Shown here: in pieces, positions 52,721 to 64,000 of the stretch
Numbering within the stretch: the stretch's first letter is position 1
Layout of the letters: every line of letters starts with the position of its first letter
DNA from: Eledone cirrhosa
Lineage: Eukaryota
Assembly (NCBI GenBank): GCA_964016885.1
Contig: OZ024764.1
Coordinates: forward strand, 25,296,001 to 25,360,000
Direction of reading: 5' to 3'
Length of the DNA stretch: 64,000 nucleotides
Program-made: the position numbers and the translations under genes
Notes under the pieces: model-generated
The model's input: only the letters and a program-made list of their open reading frames with translations
Database searches by the model: none
Told to the model about the DNA's origin: nothing

Positions 52721-52917
52721 TCCTTTAACATTTAAACCAGCCAGAATTCTCTCACCTCTTTCTTTTCAAACCAGCTGTAACTGGCCTCTCATACTGATGT
52801 TAAGGTATTGTACTCAAAATAAATAATATCAAAATCTCATAGATTTGATATTATGTGAGGCAAAGCCTATAGCACGTATTACAATAGTATATATAGAGTA
52901 ATGTAAATGTTAAAGGG
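52721..52917. mobile_element. Compact MITE with TIR CCTTTAACATTTA / TAAATGTTAAAGG (piggyBac-like ends)
   Basis: 13-bp TIR; body aligns with 12896-13060 and holds a single copy of the 72-bp unit core. Confidence 0.78.
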
Positions 52918-52976
52918 TTATTGTATTTACTGAAGATAATGTTGACTAAAATATTACACTTGTTATGTTACACCAG

Positions 52977-53075
52977 GCTTATTTGGCATGGAAGGCAAAA
53001 GAGAAACCCATGGAAGAAGACCAATCTAAACAGCAAATGACAGATTTACAATTACTATTCTCCACATATGCACAG
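52977..53075 (+). CDS. M13 peptidase exon (AYLAWKAKEKPMEEDQSKQQMTDLQLLFSTYAQ)
   Basis: caccag acceptor, CAG|gtaagt donor; AY..W and QLFF..AQ-like motifs; phase 0 at both ends. Confidence 0.93.
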
Positions 53076-53577
53076 GTAAGTGTGGAATTGTGCTGACATA
53101 TTTAGTGCCACCTATAAAGTTTTAGTGCCACGTATAAGAATATAGTACCAGGATTAAGGATAACATACTACATATAAAGTTATATTACCATGTATAAGGA
53201 TACTTGGCATTGACATTACAGTGGCAGATAGAATTCATTGTAGTATTCATTCCAGCTCTCTGAGTTCAAACCCCATTGGGGTGAACTTTGTTTTTCATCC
53301 ATTTGAAGTTGATAAAAAAATACTAGTCCAGTACTAGGGTCAGTTCTTCTTCTATATCTCTTTCTCATTTCTTCTCTCTAACTATCTATCATTCTCTGGA
53401 AGAAATCTACTGTTTTTAGACCTGGAGAGGGATTAGCTCTGCCAGGTTCAAAATGCCCAAGAAATGCTGTATGTCACGATGGCCCTCTTACGACTCCATC
53501 AGGAGTTACGGTACCATAAGAATATAAAGATATAGTACCATGAATAAGTATTTTGTACTTATACTATACACATCCAA

Positions 53578-56117
53578 TGTAGTAAGTGTACCGCAGTGGT
53601 GATGTCTAGATAACAGTGTAGTAAGTGTACCACAGTGGTGATAGATATGTCTATATAACAGTGTAGTAAGTGTACCACAGTGGTGATAAATGTCTATATA
53701 ACAGTGTAGTAAGTGTACCACAGTGGTGATAGATATGTCTATATAACAGTGTAGTAAGTGTACTACAATGGTGATAGACATGTCTAGATAACAGTGTAGT
53801 AAGTGTACCATAGTGGTGATAGACATGTCTAGATAACAGTGTAGTAAGTGTACCACAGTGGTGATAGACATGTCTATATAACATTGTAGTAAGTGTACCA
53901 CAGTGGTGATATATATGTCTAGATAACAGTGTAGTAAGTGTACCACAGTGGTGATAGACATGTCTAGATAACAGTGTAGTAAGTGTACCACAGTGGTGAT
54001 AGATATATCTATATAACAGTGTAGTAAGTGTACCAGTGGTGATATATATGTCTAGATAACAGTGTAGTAAGTGTACCACAGTGGTGATAGACATGTCTAG
54101 ATAACAGTGTAGTAAGTGTACCACAGTGGTGATAGACATGTCTAGATAACAGTGTAGTAAGTGTACCACAGTGGTGATAGATATGTCTAGATAACAGTGT
54201 AGTAAGTGTACCACAGTGGTGATAGATATATCTATATAACAGTGTAGTAAGTGTACCAGTGGTGATATATATGTCTAGATAACAGTGTAGTAAGTGTACC
54301 ACAGTGGTGATAGACATGTCTAGATAACAGTGTAGTAAGTGTACCACAGTGGTGATAGATATGTCTAGATAACAGTGTAGTAAGTGTACCACAGTGGTGA
54401 TAGACATGTCTAGATAACAGTGTAGTAAGTGTACCACAGTGGTGATAGACATGTCTATATAACAGTGTAGTAAGTGTACCACAGTGGTGATAGATATATC
54501 TATATAACAGTGTAGTAAGTGTACCAGTGGTGATATATATGTCTAGATAACAGTGTAGTAAGTGTACCACAGTGGTGATAGACATGTCTAGATAACAGTG
54601 TAGTAAGTGTACCACAGTAGTGATAGATATGTCTAGATAACAGTGTAGTAAGTGTACCACAGTGGTGATAGTTATGTCTAGATAACAGTGTAGTAAGTGT
54701 ACCACAGTGGTGATAGATATATCTATATAACAGTGTAGTAAGTGTACCAGTGGTGATATATATGTCTAGATAACAGTGTAGTAAGTGTACCACAGTGGTG
54801 ATAGACATGTCTATATAACAGTGTAGTAAGTGTACCACAGTGGTGATAGACATGTCTAGATAACAGTGTAGTAAGTGTACCACAGTGGTGATAGACATGT
54901 CTATATAACAGTGTAGTAAGTGTACCACAGTGGTGATAGACATGTCTAGATAACAGTGTAGTAAGTGTACCACAGTGGTGATATATATGTCTAGATAACA
55001 GTGTAGTAAGTGTACCACAGTGGTGATAGACATGTCTAGATAACAGTGTAGTAAGTGTACCACAGTGGTGATAGACATGTCTATATAACAGTGTAGTAAG
55101 TGTACCACAGTGGTGATAGACATGTCTAGATAACAGTGTAGTAAGTGTACCACAGTGGTGATAGACATGTCTAGATAACAGTGTAGTAAGTGTACCACAG
55201 TGGTGATAGATATGTCTAGATAACAGTGTAGTAAGTGTACCACAGTGGTGATAGACATGTCTAGATAACAGTGTAGTAAGTGTACCACAGTGGTGATAGA
55301 CATGTCTATATAACAGTGTAGTAAGTGTACCACAGTGGTGATAGATATATCTATATAACAGTGTAGTAAGTGTACCAGTGGTGATATATATGTCTAGATA
55401 ACAGTGTAGTAAGTGTACCACAGTGGTGATAGACATGTCTAGATAACAGTGTAGTAAGTGTACCACAGTAGTGATAGATATGTCTAGATAACAGTGTAGT
55501 AAGTGTACCACAGTGGTGATAGTTATGTCTAGATAACAGTGTAGTAAGTGTACCACAGTGGTAATAGATATATCTATATAACAGTGTAGTAAGTGTACCA
55601 GTGGTGATATATATGTCTAGATAACAGTGTAGTAAGTGTACCACAGTGGTGATAGACATGTCTATATAACAGTGTAGTAAGTGTACCACAGTGGTGATAG
55701 ACATGTCTAGATAACAGTGTAGTAAGTGTACCACAGTGGTGATAGACATGTCTATATAACAGTGTAGTAAGTGTACCACAGTGGTGATAGACATGTCTAG
55801 ATAACAGTGTAGTAAGTGTACCACAGTGGTGATATATATGTCTAGATAACAGTGTAGTAAGTGTACCACAGTGGTGATAGACATGTCTAGATAACAGTGT
55901 AGTAAGTGTACCACAGTGGTGATAGACATGTCTATATAACAGTGTAGTAAGTGTACCACAGTGGTGATAGACATGTCTAGATAACAGTGTAGTAAGTGTA
56001 CCACAGTGGTGATATATATGTCTAGATAACAGTGTAGTAAGTGTACCACAGTGGTGATAGACATGTCTAGATAACAGTGTAGTAAGTGTACCACAGTGGT
56101 GATAGTTATGTCTAGAT
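53578..56117. repeat. 45-bp minisatellite, about 56 copies, with higher-order structure
   Basis: Unit AGTGTAGTAAGTGTACCACAGTGGTGATAGACATGTCTAGATAAC. Confidence 0.97.
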
Positions 56118-56875
56118 TATACTTCACTGATACGGCACTTTTTAACATCAAAGATAGAGGAAGTCTCTATTTATTGACAACTACAGATAGTGAAAGAATG
56201 AACCCCAATACATGACTGCTACTTTATTATAATCTCTATTGTGATTGCTAAGTGTTTTGAGAATGTTAGAGAAAGAATCAGCCCCAATATATGACTGCTA
56301 CTTCATTCATCAAAATCAAAAGGATGAAGGTGGGATTTGAACTCAGAATGCAGAAAACCAAAATAAATACCTCAAAGCATTGTAACTTGTGTTCTCAGGA
56401 TTCTGTTAATTCACTGCCTAGAAATATATATAAGACGATATGACCTATAATTGTATTTGAAAACCGTTAGCAGATTATCATAATCTACCTGGAGTGACTC
56501 CCTAATCTCTGATCTATGAACCCTATTGGGAGGAAGCCCATCTCAGCTATTTGTATTTACAATCATACTTGTGACTTAGGTAAAGGGTAGGCAGAATCAC
56601 TGTATTGAAGATAGAGAATTTGGTTCATACACCTACGTCCCTTCTTCTGATTAAAGAGTGGTATAGCTGACACATTATTACACCAGCTCCTGCAGTTCTT
56701 TCATTTAATTCAGCCTCCTGCTTTCCATCACCTGTGTAAATGATCCAAAAATACTTTACTATAATAATAGGGGAAAATATTGACTGGAAGTTGGAAGTAA
56801 TCACAACTCCTAACAATCAGACATTCAGTTTACTGTATTGTTTCATAAGAGTCTTGTTTCCTTTGCTTTTGGCAG

Positions 56876-56937
56876 ACATGGTGTTCAGCTGAGAATCCTG
56901 ATGACGAATTTGATTCTTACTCTCCAAAAAAATTAAG
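56876..56937 (+). CDS. M13 peptidase exon (TWCSAENPDDEFDSYSPKKL)
   Basis: ggcag acceptor after a pyrimidine tract, AG|gtaatt donor; WC...D.(H>Y)SP...R. Confidence 0.92.
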
Positions 56938-57234
56938 GTAATTGAAAAAGTTTTGGTTTTAAAATTTTGTAATTTTCTTTATCTTTACAAATCCCCAAAT
57001 GCAACCAATCATCATCATCATCATCATCATTATCATTTGTAGTTTTTGTAATTGTTTCATTTTCCAGTAGTTCATTTGAAAATCCAGTTCTGGTTACTGG
57101 TAATCTCAAGCTTCCAGGTTCACATGTAAGTCATGGCACCCTCACTGTAGAGATACAGAGATAGATAGAGGCACTAGAAATGAGATGATACTACCACAAT
57201 ATCTTAGGTATCTCATATAATGGCCATATCAGTC

Positions 57235-58437
57235 CTATGTATTCTCCAAATTATTCTCTCTATACAATTGTACTTTTAATCCTATGTACTCTACAATTTA
57301 TACTCTCTATAAACTGTACTTTCAGTCATATGTACTCTATAAACTGTACTTTCAGTCGCATGTACTTTATAAACTGTACTTTCAGTCCCATGTACTCTAT
57401 AAACTGTACTTATAGTCCTATGTACTCTATAAATTGTACTTATAGTCCTATGTACTCTATAAACTGTACTTTCAGTCATATGTACTCTATAAACTATACT
57501 TTCAGTCATGTGTACTCTATAAACTGTACTTTCAGCCATATGTACTCTATAAACTGTACTTTCAGTCCCATGTACTCTATAAACTGTACTTTCAGTCACA
57601 TGTTCTATATATATTGTACTTATAGTCCTATGTACTCTATAAACTGTACTTTCAGTCATATGTACTCTATAAACTGTACTTATAGTCATATGTACTCTAT
57701 AAACTGTACTTATAGTCCTATGTACTCTATAAATTGTACTTATAGTCCTATGTACTCTATAAACTGTACTTATAGTCCTGTGTACTCTATAAACTGTACT
57801 TTCAGTCATATGTACTCTATAAACTGTACTTATAGTCCTATGTACTCTATAAACTGTACTTTCAAACATATATACTCTATAAACTGTACTTTCAGTCATA
57901 TGTACTTTATAAACTGTACTTTCAGCCATATGTACTCTATAAACTGTACTTTTAGTCCTATGTACTCTATAAACTGTACTTATAGTCCTATGTACTCTAT
58001 AAACTGTACTTTCACTCATATGTACTTTATAAACTGTACTTTCAGTCATATGTACTCTATAAACTGTACTTTCAGTCATATGTACTCTATAAACTGTACT
58101 TTCAGTCCTATGTACTCTATAAACTGTACTTATAGTCCTATGTACTCTATAAACTGTACTTTCAGTCATATGTACTCTATAAACTGTACTTTCAGTCATA
58201 TGTACTCTATAAACTGTACTTTCAGTCATATGTACTCTGTAAACTGTACTTATAGTCCTATGTACTCTATAAACTGTATTTTCAGTCATATGTACTCTAT
58301 AAACTGTACTTATAGTCCTATGTACTCTATAAACTGTACTTTCAGCCATATGTACTCTATAAACTGTACTTTCAGCCATATGTACTCTATAAACTGTACT
58401 TTCAGTCATATGTACTCTCAAAATTATTCTCTCTATC
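57235..58437. repeat. 30-bp minisatellite, about 38 copies, bounded by AAATTATTCTCTCTAT direct repeats
   Basis: Unit TGTACTCTATAAACTGTACTTTCAGTCATA. Confidence 0.97.
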
Positions 58438-58463
58438 AAGTCCCTTTCTTCTCTTTTTTTCAG

Positions 58464-58572
58464 GGTTCAAGTGCCACTGCAGAACAGTAAAGAATTTGCT
58501 GAGGCATTCAAATGTAAAAGAGGGACCAAGATGAATCCAGAATCGAAATTGTTATTCTGGGGGAAAGAGTAA
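58464..58572 (+). CDS. M13 peptidase terminal exon (VQVPLQNSKEFAEAFKCKRGTKMNPESKLLFWGKE*)
   Basis: Strong polypyrimidine acceptor; matches LQNS.EF..AF.C....MNP...C..W; stop TAA 58570-58572. Confidence 0.96.
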
Positions 58573-58904
58573 CAAATACATTTAACATATCATCATCATC
58601 CATCATCATCATTATAGTGCTGTCCACCTCACATGTCATGTTACCCTCAACAAGATCATTAAGGATGGCCTGGAGGGAGTAGGTCTCTTCAAGGATAGGT
58701 CCCTCGTCTTGGATGCCACACCGTGACACCTTCTCTTGTGGCAACCTGGTGTATATGACTAGCATCCCAGGTTTCACTAACAACCAGACTAAAGAGGGCA
58801 AACTGTCCAAGTGTCAGCTGCTCTTTGATAGGTTTGTGGTTGAGCCTGTAGCAGAGGTGACCCCTCGAGCACATCCCTGTCAACACTGCATCCTATATAT
58901 ATAT

Positions 58905-60981
58905 AGGACAGGACCACTCTTACCGGCGGTACCCACTTTCAATCTTAAGGACCACAAGGTAAACTTTGATAATGACCCTAAAATTGGATTAATCTGCCCC
59001 TCTAAATCAGATATAGGTAAAATAAGCAAATATATCTTAGATAGAATCATCCCCCAAATTAAGGCTAAGGTTAACATTAAACTCTGGGGGAAGACCCAAG
59101 AAGCAATAAGATGGTTTAATAGCATTAGCAATAAGAATAAATCTAAGTTTATCCAGTTTGATATCGATGAATATTACTCATCGATATCACCTGAAACTTT
59201 GAATAGAGCCATTAAGTTTGCTAAGGATAACTCCGACCTTACAAACGATGAAATTAAGATTATATTAGAAGCTAGGAAAACTATAGTCAAATTTGAGAAC
59301 AGTTATTGGGTACGTAAAGATAGACCCTCTAACTTTGACATAACAATGGGCTCTAACGATTCGGCGGAAATAACTGATATTGTGGGGTTATTTATCGCCT
59401 TTAGACTCCAGGAAAAATTCAGCAATCTCCACGGCGGAATATACCGCGACGATGTTCTCCTCCTAGCTAAAAACCTTAATAACCAAAAACTAGAAAAACT
59501 ACGCAAAGATATAAGAAAACTACTACTCGAAATAGGACTAACTATAACATATGAATACAACCTTAAAGTAGTTAACTTCCTGGATGTCACACTCAATTTA
59601 AACTCTGGTTTGATTAAACCGTTTCATAAATTGAATGAAAATCTCAAATACGTAAATGTTGGGTCTAACCACCCCATCTCTATAATTAAATCTATCCCTA
59701 AAAATATTTCCCTTAGAATCTCGGGTCTATCTTCTAACATACAAGTATTTAAGGAACACGCCGAGTACTACGATAACGCCCTTAGTAAAGCAGGCTACCT
59801 CAACAAAATAGAGTACATAGATGGGAACAATCAAAACACCCAAAATAAATCCCACATAGGTAGATATAATAACACAACACCAAACCACACTTACTACCAT
59901 AGTATGCACACCAGTAAACCAACAAACAAAACTAATAGAAAGCGATGCAAAGAGTACTTATGGTATAACCCCGAATACAATAGCTCCATTAGTACAAATT
60001 TACCAGTACTCTTCTTTAAAATAATTAAAAGACATTTTCCCACATCACACAAATACCACAAAATCCTAAACCCTACCACTATAAGACTGTCATACTCTAC
60101 AGCGTTAAACCTTGAACAACACATAAAAAAGATCAATACTAGAAGGTTAAACGAAAACACTAAGAACTTAAGTACAAAGAACCCCCAAAAAACAGTAGAC
60201 AATACACTACAGAACATAAATAAACCACACCTAAGTTCGTCCGCAATACTACTCCAGAGAAAACCCAACGTACACAACTGTAACTGCACCTATCCTGACA
60301 ACTGCCCCCTCGGCAATAACTGCCTGGAAAAAAATATTATTTATAAGTGTACCATTAAATCCGGAGGCAACGAGTGGTATTACGTGGGATCAACGGCAAC
60401 ATCGTTTAAATCTCGATTGTATAGGCATTCTTACTCAATAAAACACCAGAGCCAAAGAAATGTAACAACTTTAGCAGAGAAAGCTTGGACGCTCAGGGAT
60501 AGCAATCAAAAGTTTACCCTAAAATGAGAAAAATTAGCTAAAACCCAAAGCTTTTCCAGGAGCCAAAATTTCTGCAAATTGTGTAATCTTGAGATTTATT
60601 ACATAATCACACACAAGAAGAAACTGCTGAATAACAGAATTGAACGAACATTATTCTGCCGTCACAGAACTAAAACCCTTTTTTCCCACTACAAGCCGAA
60701 TATTACATAAAAGAGGGACATCCCCCAACTATATAAACCTTAATCTAGTTAGAAAAATATAAAAACAATTTCTTCTCAACATATATTAATAACCTTAAAT
60801 TACCATACTAATAATGAAAAGATATGCTGATGAGAATAGGTACAAATATGCGATAATGAATGTGTCTAAAAACGTCCATAAGTATGTATATATATGTGAA
60901 AATGTATATAAATAAGTAAATATATATATATATGTTTGATGTGTATAGTTAGATGTAAGTGTATTCATGTATTAAAGTGCT

Positions 60982-61032
<51 letters not shown>

Positions 61033-61033
61033 G

Positions 61034-61080
<47 letters not shown>

Positions 61081-61928
61081 GTATATATGTATATATATAT
61101 ATGTATGTATGTATGTGTATATGGATGTGTATGTATGTGTATGTGTGTACACATGGACTAGAGTATGTATGTATATATGTGTGTGTCTATACGTGTGTAT
61201 ATATAAAGATAAGTTGAGTATGAAAATGTATACACATGAGCGCGTATGTATGTACATGAATACATGTGTGTATATATATGTGTATGCATGTGTATATATA
61301 TGTAAGTATGAATATGTGAATTGTGAGTATATGTATTTTGTAGAGGTGTGCAAATATATTTGTGTGTGAATGCGTGGGTGAAAGAATACGTACACTTGAA
61401 AGAAAAATTTAAGTCTGAATGTTAAGTGCAAACACAAAACCAACCACGCATATCTTTACTATCTCTAATCCTTCTATAGATTTAGAAAAATAACCAATAA
61501 TATATTCTATAAAAAATGTCAAAACAACAGATGGGAATCTAATTACTCACTGCCACCAAGAATTCTCACTGCTATCGAAAAACCACTCCTTCAACTATTC
61601 TTCTAACAACTTCACCCCTTCCTCCTAATATTCTCTATAAAAACTAAATAGGTCCTCAGTAATATTATTCTGATGAAATGACAGTAAATAATAACATTGA
61701 AATATTGAATGTCTGCATAACTAAAAGTTTGTAGATAGCTGTTTTAGGTTATGTAACTGTTATAGAAACACGTGTCAATAAATTCCTTTCAACTAAACTG
61801 TATCCATTCAAATCTTTCTATTTTTCTCCGGATTACTTTTGGAACTACAACTGGAACCGTCGATCAAACTCTACGTGAGCTGATAATCTACTGTGTGTAA
61901 TATTTATATTACAACACAACGGAAAATA

Positions 61929-61930
<2 letters not shown>
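58905..61930 (+). mobile_element. Penelope-like element, 5'-truncated; ORF ~58930-60710 with one TGA at 60525-60527; 3' region with hammerhead motif
   Basis: PTFNLKDHK, FDI, TMGSNDSAE, IYRDD, VNFLDV, IIYKC..YYVG, CKLC..CRH; paralogous to 31955-34320; bounded by (TA)n. The 3' boundary is uncertain. Confidence 0.9.
61665..61781 (+). ncRNA. Type I hammerhead motif with extended stem II
   Basis: TTATT CTGATGA a-ATGACAGT..(~70 nt)..ACTGTTAT-a GAAAC ACGT GTC AATAA; palindromic stem III, GUC site. Confidence 0.65.
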
Positions 61931-61985
<55 letters not shown>

Positions 61986-62564
61986 CAATATCGGAGAAAG
62001 CTTTTTAGCGATACTCCGGCCAAATTTCAACTCACTCAACAAACATTAGGACATAAGTGATTATATTCCCAATTATGTGTTCGGGGTGCTAACTAAAAGT
62101 ATTGCGTGGAAAATTGGCTGTATTATTTCAAATGAGACATATCTAATATATCTCTTCCCAGACGGACGTCTCGTTTCATTATAGGACTCCTAGAATTTGG
62201 GTGAAATTATACCAATTTATGTAGGAGCTTGTATACCATCAATAGATATATATTCAAGTGGGCTCCTATAATTCATCAGTGGGTGCCCCAATAATACTAA
62301 TATTGATAATCTAACCAACATCAGCATTTAGCGATAATCATTTTCTGTGCCTGAGGTATCTGTCAGGTAGCCAGTCCAGCAGTTCTGAAAGAAGTGCTCG
62401 AACTGATTCAAAAAAAATGAGGAAGTGAATTACCGCCAAAAAAAAAACAAACATGCACGTGACAATGAACTCTGAAAGGAATTCAGGCCACGTGCTAAGA
62501 ACTCAATTCAAAATTAAAAACATATCTATGTGTGTACAACATTTGATGACACACACATATATAT

Positions 62565-63521
62565 ACTAGACATGAAAAATGCGCAAGCTCAAAAGTGCCA
62601 CAGAATGTTATAATAAACCTTCAAAAGTGTGGGACTAGAGTTGTTGCTAAAAAATGTTGTAATCATTATATATCGTACATTCTGTGGCATCCTTTATAAA
62701 AATAGCTTAAACCAACGAAGCCTTTATTTTTACGCTATTTCACTTAGTTAATTCTTAGAGTGTAACATATAAAAATATGATTTACAACTATAAAATAAAT
62801 TAATTAATATAATAACAGAGCTGCGGAGCTGAAATTTAGGAAATAATGGAGTATCGGATCCTGAGTTGGAGCCAGTCAATTTTTGGCCGACTCCGCAGCC
62901 CTGTATAATACATTTCATATTAAAGTTATTAATAAATCTATTTTACACTTCATGCAAATTACCATGAGATATTGATATTAGATATAAGATACAGCGCAAT
63001 ATCTACAGCTGTAAAAGTACGAAAGCGAAGTAATAATAAGTGGCTTAAGGTAATTCCAATATGAAAGTTTGTAGTGATAAAAATTTGATAATGCAATACG
63101 ATTGTTAATATTATAGTTCTATGAAAATGTAACAATAGATAACTAAATTATTTTACTATTAGTATATTTAAGAAATTATCATTATAGATTTGATCGTTCA
63201 TATAAGCATCATATTAAGTTTCAACACAATTATTTTGTTACTATGAGTATATGATAATAATATTACGTAATTATTTATAGCTGTTATTACATTAAACATA
63301 GATGTATTTATTTTTATATGTTACACTCTAAGAATTAACTAAGTGAAATAGCGTAAAAATAAAGGCTTCGTTGGTTTAAGCTATTTTTATAAAGGATGCC
63401 ACAGAATGTACGATATATAATGATTACAATATTTTTTAGCAACAACTCTAGTCCCACACTTTTGAAGGTTTATTATAACATTCTGTGGCACTTTTGAGCT
63501 TGCGCATTTTTCATGTCTAGT
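62565..63521. mobile_element. Foldback/MITE with 213-bp near-perfect TIRs (ACTAG...CTAGT)
   Basis: 62565-62777 is the reverse complement of 63309-63521, no indel, at least one mismatch. Confidence 0.93.
62816..62903. mobile_element. Tiny hAT-type MITE nested in the foldback spacer
   Basis: TIRs CAGAGCTGCGGAG / CTCCGCAGCCCTG; flanks TATAATAA / TATAATAC (7 of 8 match). Confidence 0.7.
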
Positions 63522-64000
63522 TTAATATTTTTTTAAGGCAACGCTTGTAATAACTCTAGTTAAACAGGATATATATTAATAATAAATTATCGTTGTAATG
63601 TAATTAGATTATGTAATTGTTATTATAAATTATCTTATAAATATTAGTGTAAGATGTATAAAAATATTTTCAGACTTTTAATATAAACAACTACAAAAAA
63701 CAATCAATATTAAATCAATATATTATACATAATAGAAAACATAAAATATACAATACAAAAACAAAATATTTACATACAATTGCAATTATCAGTGTATATA
63801 CATTTTCTTTATATTCCCTGAGCAAATTAATAAGATTTGTTTTTATTGTACATAATTTGATGACTTGTTGGAGTGTATTAAAAGATAGCAACAATTTGTG
63901 ATTAAATTGTTATCTTAAGCAACTCACTTTTTAATAGTTGTTGGCTGAGCGAAATTGTAAAAGCCTATGAGCAAATATAAAAAAAAATACACAAACAACA

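Noticed and set aside
51241-58490. Repeat-peptide ORFs (KGEHFHT, VVHLLHCYLD, MYSINCTFSH)
   Set aside because: Translations of 21-, 45- and 30-bp intronic minisatellites, open in several frames or strands.
58713-58930. N-terminal part of the 604-aa ORF
   Set aside because: Lies upstream of the (TA)n junction and lacks similarity to the other Penelope copy; fortuitous open frame.
60525-60527. In-frame TGA in the Penelope ORF as selenocysteine
   Set aside because: Aligns to Trp (LMWKI) in the paralogous element, not Cys; simple TGG>TGA nonsense change. No SECIS search was possible.
60826-60885. Additional hammerhead at CTGATGAG
   Set aside because: No intact GAAA core or convincing stems; at best a decayed copy.

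Overview
Eukaryotic, repeat-dominated window, most likely a coleoid cephalopod (octopus-like SINE/RTE/Penelope repertoire; inferred, not verified). Nearly all long ORFs in the track are translated tandem repeats or retrotransposon remnants. The one host gene, essentially missed by the ORF track, is the 3' part of an M13 (neprilysin/ECE-like) zinc peptidase on the + strand: 9 phase-compatible GT-AG exons (714 nt, 12795-58572) with NAFY, HEIFH and ENIAD motifs but atypical catalytic-site changes. Its introns and flanks hold about nine different satellites/minisatellites, two RTE-clade LINE families, two Tx1/L1-clade elements (one full length with a 22-bp TSD), two Penelope-like elements, SINEs, MITEs and several long foldback palindromes. 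Most notable: (1) four foldbacks carry outward-facing type I hammerhead ribozyme motifs, and the gene-sense copy tends to be the broken one; (2) a 46-bp minisatellite is an amplified 3' splice site; (3) both Tx1 elements end in (TCTA)n; (4) several arrays grew inside identifiable MITEs or LINEs. All coordinates and folds were derived by eye.
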